Source: a virus
Lineage: Duplodnaviria > Caudoviricetes
Length of the DNA: 42,368 nt
Virus record (IMG/VR): IMGVR_UViG_3300020439_001107
Location: 1-42,368 of that record
Direction: 5' to 3' (one strand)
How positions within the stretch are numbered: position 1 is the first letter of the stretch; each line of letters opens with the position of its first letter. Below are positions 17,444 to 26,437 of the stretch, one piece after another. The position numbers and the translations under genes were made by a program. Below the pieces are notes generated by a model. The model was given only the letters and a program-made list of their open reading frames with translations. It made no database searches and was not told where the DNA came from.

Positions 17444-18007
17444 TTACAAACTGTATTCCATGTTGACTTTTGCGTGTTTTTTCTCATCAGCACGGACTTT
17501 TTTGATTAAATCTGATAACTTAGCAGACTTTCTCATACCATAGTATTCAATTGCAAGTTTAGGAGCAGGAACATTCTCTACCTCACCACTCTCAACCATA
17601 CTAAGATATTCTGTATATGACTTCACTGCTTCTTCTTCAAAGTAGTGAATCATTCTATGTGCGGTCTTATATGATATAATATAGACTACAAAATAGAATG
17701 CCATAAAAATCATTTGAGCAACTAGCACTAACCATCTTTCAAACCAGTTGGGTTGTGCTATTTCTATAAAGAACATGAGATGCATTCTTTCATTCTCTGC
17801 TTCTGCTAACATCTCTCGTATCGCAGGCCCATATCCAGTCTTCATCTTTCTAAGACTCTTCAGATGTAATAGAGAACCTGCTACCCAGCCTGGAACTCCT
17901 GCTACAGTTTCTAATACAACTGCTCTGTGTCCATATCGTTTAGCAAAGAATGTATCTGCCATAAAACGAAAGAACTTAGTCATTGACCTTGCGAATAAAT
18001 CTTTCAT
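17444..18007 (-). CDS. aox: Alternative oxidase
   Basis: Di-iron motifs LETVAGVPG, EAENERMHL, EEEAVKSY, RADEKKH. Confidence 0.92.
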   Translation of the reverse strand: MKDLFARSMTKFFRFMADTFFAKRYGHRAVVLETVAGVPGWVAGSLLHLKSLRKMKTGYGPAIREMLAEAENERMHLMFFIEIAQPNWFERWLVLVAQMIFMAFYFVVYIISYKTAHRMIHYFEEEAVKSYTEYLSMVESGEVENVPAPKLAIEYYGMRKSAKLSDLIKKVRADEKKHAKVNMEYSL

Positions 18008-18792
18008 ATCTGCTCCATTAATGCTTCTATATTTTCTCCTGATTCTGGTAACTTGTCTTTCAGAAAGAAGTGAACAAAGTCACAGTTATCGATATCCTCT
18101 ACTGCCGTAAACAACCCATTGAATTTAGGGTCAAGATGTTGGGTAGGTATTTTATATTTCTTGAGAAAATAATTCAGTAGGGTCTGGTCAGTTGACCATT
18201 TGTATGCACCCATACCATCAACAAAGTCTTCAAATTCTATACGATGAATGAACTGCATTGCATTGTCACCATTTAGATAAGGCAGAAAGTTCTCACAGTT
18301 GAGAACAATAAGTCCCATATTAAAGAACTCAAATCCACTACGAGGACTTGGTTTGAAATCAAGACGATTGCTATGTAATGCTCCATACTGCATATGACTA
18401 TAATTTCTTATTTTATCGACATACCATGGTTGACAGTTCATCTCTCGTTCACATACTGCACCGAATGCTACATCCTCTTCCATTGCTTCAAATACATTAT
18501 CTGCATCTGGACGGATATAGATGTCAGCATCAATGATTGCAATCTGGTCGTACTTGTCTACCAAGTCAAAGGCATTCTCCTTTTCATAGATTGGTAGATA
18601 TCCACCATACTTCTCATATGATTCTTTACTACGGTTAGTACGGAAGACATTTGGTTTGACTCTCAGTTTTGCTTGAGTCAATACATAATGCTCTGCACCG
18701 ATTCTGTCTGCGTATGCTTTTACACTGTCTATACAATGTTTATACAGTTTACTAGGTTTACCTACTGCAACTTGATATATTAATCTCTTCAA
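18004..18792 (-). CDS. GT8-like nucleotide-diphospho-sugar transferase
   Basis: IIDADI, FFNMGL, TDQTLLNY, FVHF. Confidence 0.75.
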   Translation of the reverse strand: MKRLIYQVAVGKPSKLYKHCIDSVKAYADRIGAEHYVLTQAKLRVKPNVFRTNRSKESYEKYGGYLPIYEKENAFDLVDKYDQIAIIDADIYIRPDADNVFEAMEEDVAFGAVCEREMNCQPWYVDKIRNYSHMQYGALHSNRLDFKPSPRSGFEFFNMGLIVLNCENFLPYLNGDNAMQFIHRIEFEDFVDGMGAYKWSTDQTLLNYFLKKYKIPTQHLDPKFNGLFTAVEDIDNCDFVHFFLKDKLPESGENIEALMEQI

Positions 18793-19466
18793 TGTTCAAC
18801 CGTCCCCCCTAGGTCATCTTTCCAGATGGGTCTAGAGTATCCTACAATTTTATTTCTATCCACAAAGTTATCAAAACCAACACTACCAATCCATTGGTAA
18901 TCTCTTTGATGTTCATCAGTTCGCATATCATCATTCATTCTATCAAGTAGAATATCATCTGAATACTTTATCAAAGTACGATTCTCATGATACTCTAATA
19001 CTCGTTCTGCTCCTTTGGGTGTCATACAGTACCCACTTGTTATCGGAACAAGTTTGAATTTAGCACCCCAATATGGATGTCCGTTAAATCTTTTACCATA
19101 TCTTTCCCAATCATCCCAATAGTAATCACAAATACTATAGATGTCGTAAGGTAATTTTTTACATTCTGCTCGTGGGGTAATACATAAAGTATCGTGTTCA
19201 ATAACAGTAATGTCTTCTCCAGACTCATAACAATGATTCCATAATGCCCAATGTGATTCCCATGCGGCGAGTTCCGTGGGTGTACATTGCCTATGGTTGT
19301 GATAGGAAACACTATTAAAGGGTCTTGTAAGAGTATCAGGGGTTACTGCGTCAAACCACTTAACAGTGTGTCCATGGATATTCCATGAATCGGTTGTATG
19401 TCTTGCGTACTTCTGTGATACCTCATTATCAGGTATCTGTATCATCCAAATATTATCTATAATCAT
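18789..19466 (-). CDS. GT25-like glycosyltransferase
   Basis: FDAVTP, ESHWALW, VIEHD, GYCMTPKGA. Confidence 0.7.
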   Translation of the reverse strand: MIIDNIWMIQIPDNEVSQKYARHTTDSWNIHGHTVKWFDAVTPDTLTRPFNSVSYHNHRQCTPTELAAWESHWALWNHCYESGEDITVIEHDTLCITPRAECKKLPYDIYSICDYYWDDWERYGKRFNGHPYWGAKFKLVPITSGYCMTPKGAERVLEYHENRTLIKYSDDILLDRMNDDMRTDEHQRDYQWIGSVGFDNFVDRNKIVGYSRPIWKDDLGGTVEH

Positions 19467-20415
19467 CTAAATCAAACTCAGTTCCATGCATTTTATATAA
19501 ATCTCTCTCGTGATTAGTGTAAACTAATACTTCAGGGTCATCGATAAGAAAGTCGCAACCATTGCAGTAAGAAGGATAATCTCCAGAAAGATGGTCACTA
19601 CGGAGTTGAGAGTATGCTTCACCTTCCCATATTTCTTCGATTGTGTTTTCACTAGTGTGTCCAAGGACTGCTTCCTCGTCCCTTCCCAATACCTGACAGC
19701 AAGGAGCAACAGCACCTCTTTTACCATCAAGACCGCCAGCACGAATAACAACATCTGGACTAAAAGGTCTACCACAAGTTTTCACCTTGCCTTCTCGTTT
19801 ATTTTTACCAATGTCCCAGACACCAGACCAGTTATGTAACTTCCATATCTCAGTCTTGACACCTAAGTCATCCACTAATTCTTTATACCTTTCCAATTCA
19901 TAATCTAGATTATCATTATCCGTAATCAGATGATAGGTAGCAACTACACAGTCACTATTTGTTTTCTCTACATATTCCTGCATCTGACGAATATTATTTA
20001 TAATGTGATTAAAGTTACCCCCAATGCGGTTATACATCCATTCATCATACTTGGCAGGGTCATAACCTATGAAAGAGAATCTATAGAAGTCTAATCCTGC
20101 ATCTACACAATCTGCCATGAATTGTCCATGCATACGGAATCCATTAGAGAACATAAATGCTTTTGCACCATACTTCTTTACTATCTCAATGTATTCAGGT
20201 AATCTACGAATAAGGGTAGGTTCACCTGAACCTTCTAGATTAACAACTCGTAATCCGTGTTTAGCACAATCCTTTACATTCTCTTCGAACTCTTCAATAG
20301 ACATCTTCTTGAGAAAGTCTTTATGTCTTCCACCAGTACGCATATCCTGTGGACACATAGTACATGAATAGTTACAACCACCATTTACTTCAATTACTGC
20401 TCTATCAATCTTCAT
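19453..20415 (-). CDS. Radical SAM protein with SPASM/Twitch domain
   Basis: CNYSCTMC, GSGEP, SNG, C-terminal CGRPF / PCC / CNGC. Confidence 0.9.
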   Translation of the reverse strand: MKIDRAVIEVNGGCNYSCTMCPQDMRTGGRHKDFLKKMSIEEFEENVKDCAKHGLRVVNLEGSGEPTLIRRLPEYIEIVKKYGAKAFMFSNGFRMHGQFMADCVDAGLDFYRFSFIGYDPAKYDEWMYNRIGGNFNHIINNIRQMQEYVEKTNSDCVVATYHLITDNDNLDYELERYKELVDDLGVKTEIWKLHNWSGVWDIGKNKREGKVKTCGRPFSPDVVIRAGGLDGKRGAVAPCCQVLGRDEEAVLGHTSENTIEEIWEGEAYSQLRSDHLSGDYPSYCNGCDFLIDDPEVLVYTNHERDLYKMHGTEFDLDDYR

Positions 20416-21208
20416 AAGTCTTATCTAATTCTCTTCTAAACTGTCGTGCCTGTTTATTCATCATATTCATAGTTATAGTACAAAAGTGTTCACCACCATC
20501 ACCAATAGCAGATAAAAACTTTGCTCTATTGCTTATCTTTACTGCGTTAGGTGTATTATATGTAGTAATACCTTCCCATGATGGTATAAGCATTGGTTTA
20601 GCAAAGTTTCTACCTATCTTATGCCACATACCATCATAACACACAACAAATCTTGCTTCTTTTATTTGAGTGTAGGCATCTCTTATAGGAGTTCTATAAG
20701 TTAGAATCCTAGTATCCCACCCTCTCCAGCGAAGCGCTTGAATTATAGCATCCCAATCAGAATTTGTCAAGAACCTTTTCCACTTTCTTGGTGGTTGACT
20801 ATTATGTGTTGGTGTGAAAATAACAATCTTCTTCAGAGGGTCTATAAACTCTTGTTTTTTGAATCCCCAGTTTTGTGGTGGTATTCCCTGTGGGTCTTCT
20901 GAATTGTCTTCAAAATAAAATCTATCCTTAAATTTTACTCCACTAGTATTATCTGGGTCGAATAAGTCTGAATTATATACATGGGTAATCACGACATCAT
21001 CTTCACGATGATACCGTGTAGCAATCCATTCAGTCCTTTCTATGATTGTTTCTGGGTCATCTGGATGCGTGAGGTAGTCCTCATCATGACTCCAGTGAAA
21101 CTCTAGATTGACAGGGGCATCAATCTTCTTTGCATGAACATGAGCAACATTGAGACCCCACATAGAGTCTCCTACTCCCCAAGTTCCTCGCCATCTAATC
21201 TTAAACAT
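20405..21208 (-). CDS. GT-B (GT9-like) putative glycosyltransferase (start revised to MFKIRWRG)
   Basis: GVGDSM, RKWKR, FVVCYDGMWH...KPMLI. Confidence 0.55.
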   Translation of the reverse strand: MFKIRWRGTWGVGDSMWGLNVAHVHAKKIDAPVNLEFHWSHDEDYLTHPDDPETIIERTEWIATRYHREDDVVITHVYNSDLFDPDNTSGVKFKDRFYFEDNSEDPQGIPPQNWGFKKQEFIDPLKKIVIFTPTHNSQPPRKWKRFLTNSDWDAIIQALRWRGWDTRILTYRTPIRDAYTQIKEARFVVCYDGMWHKIGRNFAKPMLIPSWEGITTYNTPNAVKISNRAKFLSAIGDGGEHFCTITMNMMNKQARQFRRELDKTYED

Positions 21209-21227
21209 ACTGCTATTTAGGCAGTAT

Positions 21228-21524
21228 TTATTTTCCCTTTGTGTATGCTTCCTTACCGTAGAAGGCTGCCACAATCGCCGCAACCGATACAAAATAGGTA
21301 GCTGCCATATCACCTAAGATTTTAGATGCGTTTTCTAGACCAATCAAATCTGCTATCACAACGGCAAGAGGGTATAGTAACATACCACCTATGGCAAACC
21401 ATGCCATCTTCCTTTGGGCATCTTCTTTTAGGTCATCATTCTCCATGTCCGTCAACATCTTGTGACGAGTCAAATCAGAATCAGTGAACTCTCGTTCTTC
21501 TTTTAATTGCTTTTTTGTAGGCAT
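21228..21524 (-). CDS. Two-TM holin-like membrane protein
   Basis: Two hydrophobic helices and a basic tail; late promoter and RBS-occluding hairpin upstream. Confidence 0.55.
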   Translation of the reverse strand: MPTKKQLKEEREFTDSDLTRHKMLTDMENDDLKEDAQRKMAWFAIGGMLLYPLAVVIADLIGLENASKILGDMAATYFVSVAAIVAAFYGKEAYTKGK

Positions 21525-21525
21525 A

Positions 21526-21559
21526 AAATACTCCCATTATAACCACAGGAGTATTTATA
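21526..21559 (-). promoter_or_regulatory. Late promoter TATAAATA inside an RBS-sequestering hairpin
   Basis: Promoter at 21552-21559; arms AAATACTCC / GGAGTATTT at 21548-21556 and 21526-21534. Confidence 0.8.
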
Positions 21560-21562
21560 TGT

Positions 21563-22144
21563 TTAACCTTCTAGATATTGGTAAATTTCTTTCCAATTTT
21601 TCATGAGGGGGACATCAGCACTATCCATGTTGAAACCGTGTTCCATCATCATAGCATCCAAACCAAGGTCTTTACCCAACAGAGCATTCTCTTCCTTATC
21701 TTCAATCCATGGTAAACCAGAGTCTTTATAAGGGGCAAGTGCTTCATCTTTGTCATCACCACAACCTAGTATGATGAACTTCTCAAAGACAGTCTCACCA
21801 AAGAGTTTCTGTAGGTTCATGATTCTTAGTTTCTGAGCATTTTGGTTCTTGTGTAAAGAAGTAATTGCGTGAAAGACATATCCATGCTCTTCGTGCAGTT
21901 TCTTTACATAGTGAACTGCGTCCCTTAGAGGGGGAATGAAACCAACCATTGCAGATTGGTTGAACTGGTTGATTAGGTCTTTACCAAGTTTCTCTGGAAT
22001 ACCATACTGTTCAAATACACAGTAGTGTTTCCATTCACCTTTGATTTTTTCGTAACCTTGTTCACCCATCCAGACATCAAAGGCATAACCCCAGTTAAGA
22101 AGTACACCATCAACATCGGTAAGAATTACCTTGTCCATATCCAT
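21563..22144 (-). CDS. HAD phosphatase, T4 gp30.2-like / 5'-nucleotidase-like
   Basis: ILTDVDGVLLNW, AITSL, WIEDK; AAGGA RBS favours a start at 22144. Confidence 0.75.
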   Translation of the reverse strand: MDMDKVILTDVDGVLLNWGYAFDVWMGEQGYEKIKGEWKHYCVFEQYGIPEKLGKDLINQFNQSAMVGFIPPLRDAVHYVKKLHEEHGYVFHAITSLHKNQNAQKLRIMNLQKLFGETVFEKFIILGCGDDKDEALAPYKDSGLPWIEDKEENALLGKDLGLDAMMMEHGFNMDSADVPLMKNWKEIYQYLEG

Positions 22145-22174
22145 TTTTGTTAGTTCCTTTTCCATCGTGTTATT

Positions 22175-22203
22175 ATTATAACAACAACAGATGGTTTTGT
22201 CAA
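22175..22203 (-). promoter_or_regulatory. sigma70-type early promoter TTGACA-N17-TATAAT
   Basis: Perfect consensus with extended TG. Confidence 0.9.
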
Positions 22204-23030
22204 GCCTTTTTCAAATATTTGAACTTGTTATTTTTGTAGTCTTCAAGCATGACAACCTTGTTTCCACCACCTGTATAGTGTAGGAAATTTGCTTTATATC
22301 CACGGTCATCATCCCAATGTGTAGGAGTATCGTTCCAAGTTTGGTCGATACCTTCGATAGCAAACTTATATTTTGTAAGTTGTCCAGAGATGTAAAGTTG
22401 GTCGTTGTTCAACCAGAATGCTTCATTATGTAGGTCTCCATCTATCATGTAGTTTTTCCAATCATCAAATACTTCTCTTGCTCTAATTCTTGCATCACGA
22501 GACCATACCATAACTCCAGTATTAAAGCAAGTAACTTTTGAATAATGTTTTCCCCATGTGTTTGGTACTATAGGGATTCCTCGTCTTTGAAACTTCTCTG
22601 ATATCTGTTTATAGGATTGAGCATTAAAATCCCAAGAACAATATCCTCTTCCATTTGATGTTTCAATATCAGATTCGAATACACCATAGACATCGCAATC
22701 CATTAGGTCAAATATATTCTCTTCAGTATTACAAATAATATCAGAATCAACAAATAATAGTTTATCGTAATCGTCATAGATTTTGTCATAGACTAATCTC
22801 ATGACCTCAAACAATAAGGTAGTTCTACCTGTTTCACCTATAGTTTCTCTTCTGTTTCTAGAGAAGTGGTGGGCTGCTCCTATCTTGTCTGCATATATTC
22901 TGAATGAATCTGCGGATAGGTCAGCAGTTCTTTCGTATAGTTCACTGCGTGTGCCTGAATATTGTGGGACTGGTGGTCTTAGTTCAGTAATCTCATCCGT
23001 AATCATATACTGGAAGATTATGTTTCTCAT
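22200..23030 (-). CDS. GT8-like glycosyltransferase
   Basis: FVDSDI, FNTGVMV, NDQLYI, WN, FLHYTG; resembles 18004-18792. Confidence 0.75.
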   Translation of the reverse strand: MRNIIFQYMITDEITELRPPVPQYSGTRSELYERTADLSADSFRIYADKIGAAHHFSRNRRETIGETGRTTLLFEVMRLVYDKIYDDYDKLLFVDSDIICNTEENIFDLMDCDVYGVFESDIETSNGRGYCSWDFNAQSYKQISEKFQRRGIPIVPNTWGKHYSKVTCFNTGVMVWSRDARIRAREVFDDWKNYMIDGDLHNEAFWLNNDQLYISGQLTKYKFAIEGIDQTWNDTPTHWDDDRGYKANFLHYTGGGNKVVMLEDYKNNKFKYLKKA

Positions 23031-23320
23031 GCAAGAATCCCATCAGGATTTGGTCTCAATTGCCAGTCATAATCAGGAAACTCAGGATACTCACCATCTT
23101 TTCTATTTTTAGGTGTGCAGAATGGATTAGACATGCGTGTTACATGTTCTCCTAGAATCTCATCTACTTCATCAATAATGTTCTGTTCACCTTCTCTGGT
23201 AATGTATCTATCACATAATGCCTTGCTTTCAAAATAAGAATATCCTACTTCGTGTCTTTCCATAAGCATCGAACCACCAGTATTAAGTGATACCATTACT
23301 ACTACAACCCATTCAATCAT
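23027..23320 (-). CDS. Hypothetical protein with hydrophobic N-terminus
   Basis: MIEWVVVVMVSL, FESKALC...FC. Confidence 0.6.
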   Translation of the reverse strand: MIEWVVVVMVSLNTGGSMLMERHEVGYSYFESKALCDRYITREGEQNIIDEVDEILGEHVTRMSNPFCTPKNRKDGEYPEFPDYDWQLRPNPDGILA

Positions 23321-23780
23321 ATTGTAATCCTAGTAGATACTTTGTCTTACCCCCTTCTTTGACTGCGGTCAATGCTCTATTACGGTTCTCCTCTTCACTG
23401 ACATAGGATACATGCACCCAACCAGACCTAGGGTCACCCTTAGTGTAGAACTCTAGGATTACTTGGTCAAAGTCTAGATTGTCCAGAATCCATTGACATA
23501 CTTCTGCGTTGTCTGCCTTATCACATTCAAAGTCAACTGCTTGACCTTTACTATGTTGTGATTTATGTGAACCACCAATTGCTTCATTGAGTGCAGGACT
23601 TCTGTATCCAGAACTGATTCTGGTAATACCAAAATGCTCTCTTACAGGTTGTACTACATTCTGAAACAATGCCTTGGCACTTTCCAGATGTTCATCATTA
23701 GGTGTATTATCGATACCCAAACGAGTTGCGGTCATTGACCTTGTAAACTCATTCAGTGTAAAATTCTTACTTAGTTTCAT
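23313..23780 (-). CDS. Peptidase M15A (probable endolysin)
   Basis: LSKNFTLNEF, SSGYRS, SQHSKGQAVD, WVHVSY Zn ligands. Confidence 0.88.
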   Translation of the reverse strand: MKLSKNFTLNEFTRSMTATRLGIDNTPNDEHLESAKALFQNVVQPVREHFGITRISSGYRSPALNEAIGGSHKSQHSKGQAVDFECDKADNAEVCQWILDNLDFDQVILEFYTKGDPRSGWVHVSYVSEEENRNRALTAVKEGGKTKYLLGLQYD

Positions 23781-24180
23781 CTCTTACTCTCATTCTTAAA
23801 TCACTAGTAGAGAACCTATGGTCTCTATTATTGAATATTATATCTATATCTCTTTTACGGCAAATATCTCTGCCAGTAAAATCTTTATCCCTGTATTCTT
23901 CTCCAAGGATACGAACATCAATGGTATATAACTCCATGAGGTCTAGTAGGTCTTCCTCAGTGCCATATGGGATAATCTCATCCACATACTTGATACCTTT
24001 GAGTTGTGTGTATCTTTCAACGATACTTTGGACTGGTTTGTTTTTCTCTGGTCTATCAAGACTAGGGTCTATCTGTAATCCTACTAAAAGGTAATCACAG
24101 TGCTGTTTCGCATCACGCAACATCTGTACATGTCCTGCATGTAATAAATCAAATGTGCTACATGTAAATCCTATCTTCAT
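23767..24180 (-). CDS. Glycerol-3-phosphate cytidylyltransferase-like (TagD family)
   Basis: TFDLLHAGHV, ERY, YVDEII, RFSTSDLR. Confidence 0.85.
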   Translation of the reverse strand: MKIGFTCSTFDLLHAGHVQMLRDAKQHCDYLLVGLQIDPSLDRPEKNKPVQSIVERYTQLKGIKYVDEIIPYGTEEDLLDLMELYTIDVRILGEEYRDKDFTGRDICRKRDIDIIFNNRDHRFSTSDLRMRVRDETK

Positions 24181-24860
24181 ATTTTACCAGATTCAACTAA
24201 CTCCTTTGTCATTATATAGTCTCTTACAAAGTCAGACCTTACAATGTCTTTCCAACCAAACTCTACGGTTGTAAAATTATTCATGACTTCCATGATATTC
24301 ATGAAGTCTAATATTCCTTTTTTGTCTGACTCTTTACTTAGGTCAGATTGATAATAGTCCCCACTGAAAATGATTCTTGAGTTTCTACCTACCCTTGTTA
24401 TTATTGAATCAAGTTCATGATATGTGAGGTTCTGCATTTCATCCACAATGATAACTGCGTTGTCTATAGTCACACCACGAATAAATGATGTGGACATAAA
24501 CTCAATCACACCCTGTGCTTCAAGCATATCATATGCACCCTTCTCATTGAAGAGTTCTTGACATATAGCACGATATGGTGCAGTGTAGGTATCTGTCTTT
24601 TCTTCGACTGAGCCTGGGAGATATCCCATCTCACGAGTCGGAACAACACTCCTTACAATTACGACCTTATCTTGAGCATACGATTTGTCCATCGTATCTT
24701 GAAGGGATAGGTAGAGGGCAATGAACGATTTACCTGTTCCTGCACTACCGCATAAGACCAGATGGTCACCATCATCCCAAGCAGAATATGCTTCTTCTTG
24801 ATTGTCTGTAATAGGGTCATAAGTCAGAAGATGGTCAATCTTCAATCGTTTCATTGTCAT
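24177..24860 (-). CDS. phoH: PhoH family ATPase
   Basis: GSAGTGKS, GYLPG, FIRG, DEMQN, TRVG, GDYYQSD, DIVRS. Confidence 0.93.
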   Translation of the reverse strand: MTMKRLKIDHLLTYDPITDNQEEAYSAWDDGDHLVLCGSAGTGKSFIALYLSLQDTMDKSYAQDKVVIVRSVVPTREMGYLPGSVEEKTDTYTAPYRAICQELFNEKGAYDMLEAQGVIEFMSTSFIRGVTIDNAVIIVDEMQNLTYHELDSIITRVGRNSRIIFSGDYYQSDLSKESDKKGILDFMNIMEVMNNFTTVEFGWKDIVRSDFVRDYIMTKELVESGKI

Positions 24861-25090
24861 GTTTTTATAGTATTCCCTGAACCAGACCCTTTCTTGATAT
24901 TCTTCATTAGGTCTTTCCAGTCTCCACTTGTTTTATTAATAACATTACCAGTATGGGTAATCGTAGCAGGTGCGGTTATCACCTTTTCCAAATCTGGATT
25001 CTCTTCCAGATATTTCTGAAACTCGTTCCAAGACATAAAGACATCTTTAGTCTCTTCGGTTTCTTTACTTCTTACTGTATAGGTTGGCAT
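24857..25090 (-). CDS. T4-like hypothetical protein upstream of phoH
   Basis: MPTY...MSWNE...YLEENP...WKDLMKNIKKGSG. Confidence 0.75.
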   Translation of the reverse strand: MPTYTVRSKETEETKDVFMSWNEFQKYLEENPDLEKVITAPATITHTGNVINKTSGDWKDLMKNIKKGSGSGNTIKT

Positions 25091-25650
25091 TTATATAATC
25101 CCACTGCATTGTTTGGTTTGCTTGTATTCACACACTTATATCTATACTCTTTTACCAACTTCAAAACACCAAAGGTCATAAGAGTTTCAACTATGAGTTT
25201 GACATTATTAGATTTGATGTCATCAATAATTAGGTACTTACATCCCATCCATTGACCCATACGAATATCATTTATTACATGTGATATATCATGACCACCG
25301 TCAATAAAGATAGTATCAGGGTGTGGATGTTCGTACTCTCCTTTTTGGACTCGTTCAAAGTATGCCGTACTATGACACAGAACGAAATTAAATCTGTCAT
25401 GAAATTTTGTTTTAAGAACATTTGCTCCTAACTCTGTCCAGTCATGTCTGCCTATATCAACAGAAGTTACATGGACGGTAGGAAATAATTCTAGGTTGAT
25501 TGCAGAACTGTGTCCTGCGTTAAGACCAATCTCTAATAGAGTATCATAACCAACTACACTGCGTATATCTCTCCAAAGTTCGCATACTTCCTTTGATGGG
25601 GGCATGTGACCCTCATACTCAGGTTTCGGTAAGTAGTCAAGATTTAGCAT
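25072..25650 (-). CDS. Class I SAM-dependent methyltransferase (Methyltransf_24-like)
   Basis: LEIGLNAGHS, SVDIG, IFIDGGH, IIDD. Confidence 0.8.
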   Translation of the reverse strand: MLNLDYLPKPEYEGHMPPSKEVCELWRDIRSVVGYDTLLEIGLNAGHSSAINLELFPTVHVTSVDIGRHDWTELGANVLKTKFHDRFNFVLCHSTAYFERVQKGEYEHPHPDTIFIDGGHDISHVINDIRMGQWMGCKYLIIDDIKSNNVKLIVETLMTFGVLKLVKEYRYKCVNTSKPNNAVGLYKCQPIQ

Positions 25651-25670
25651 AACAAATTTCCAAGTTAACG

Positions 25671-25694
25671 AAGGGGGGCGACTAGCACCCCCCT
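25671..25694 (-). terminator. GC-rich hairpin, terminator-like
   Basis: AGGGGGGTG-CTAGT-CGCCCCCCT followed by TCGTT; weak U tract. Confidence 0.5.
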
Positions 25695-25719
25695 ACGAGA
25701 TACTAGACCACCTACCTTT

Positions 25720-25896
25720 TTATGCTAGATTGATTTGAATATCATCATCAAATTCGGCAATAGTTTGATTAATGAATGCTTGTTTTGTAGATAACTTGTG
25801 AGCAAGGTGACTCTTTCCCTTTTTCTTGAGTCTGTGGATGTAGTTATCAAGTTCTCTACTGTCATTCTTTAATCTCTCTATTTGGGTTCTTGGCAT
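25720..25896 (-). CDS. 58-aa basic helical protein (not in ORF track)
   Basis: MPRTQIERLKNDSRELDNYIHRLKKKGKSHLAHKLSTKQAFINQTIAEFDDDIQINLA; AAGGAG RBS. Confidence 0.75.
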   Translation of the reverse strand: MPRTQIERLKNDSRELDNYIHRLKKKGKSHLAHKLSTKQAFINQTIAEFDDDIQINLA

Positions 25897-25939
25897 AAAT
25901 TGCTCCTTGTTTGTTAGAGTTAATCGAACTCATAACGAA

Positions 25940-26356
25940 TCAAGATAAGAGATTTGGAAACGCCTCCTCTACTATCTTCTTTGTCAAACCTTTTACTGGT
26001 GCTTTTTTAGCAACCATGTTAAGAACAATCAGTGCATCCTCTGGATGGATTGCTTCTAACATTTGAATGAAGATGTTTTCAATTTTATATTGGGGTGTCC
26101 CTGCACTTCTAGCACCCTTAACAAATAGTCCAAAATCCTTGTGTCTCTGTCTTAGAGAACTAGGAGTTGACTCTGGTCTGTTGGGTGTGTATGGGGGTTT
26201 CCCCTCTGGAAGAATGAATTCCAACTTATCATCATATGCACCACGGCATATATCTTTGATAGCAGGGATAGCATTCTCTTTTAGAAACTCAATCTTTTGA
26301 TAGCGATTGGGTTGTTCGGAAAATCTCTGTAAGATTTCAAAGACTTCTAATTGCAT
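25940..26356 (-). CDS. T4-like phage hypothetical protein
   Basis: LPEGKPPY...ENIFIQMLEAIHPEDA...VEEAFP; GAGG RBS. Confidence 0.8.
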   Translation of the reverse strand: MQLEVFEILQRFSEQPNRYQKIEFLKENAIPAIKDICRGAYDDKLEFILPEGKPPYTPNRPESTPSSLRQRHKDFGLFVKGARSAGTPQYKIENIFIQMLEAIHPEDALIVLNMVAKKAPVKGLTKKIVEEAFPNLLS

Positions 26357-26437
26357 AGCAATATCCTCATAGTATTATATATAACATTTTGCCCCTTCAA
26401 AAAGGGTAATATATTATATATATTTCAATTAAAATGT

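Noticed and set aside
26386-26410. Weak inverted repeat GCCCCTT/AAGGGT between the TATATATAATA boxes
   Set aside because: The stem is short and imperfect with no U tract; not supportable as a terminator.
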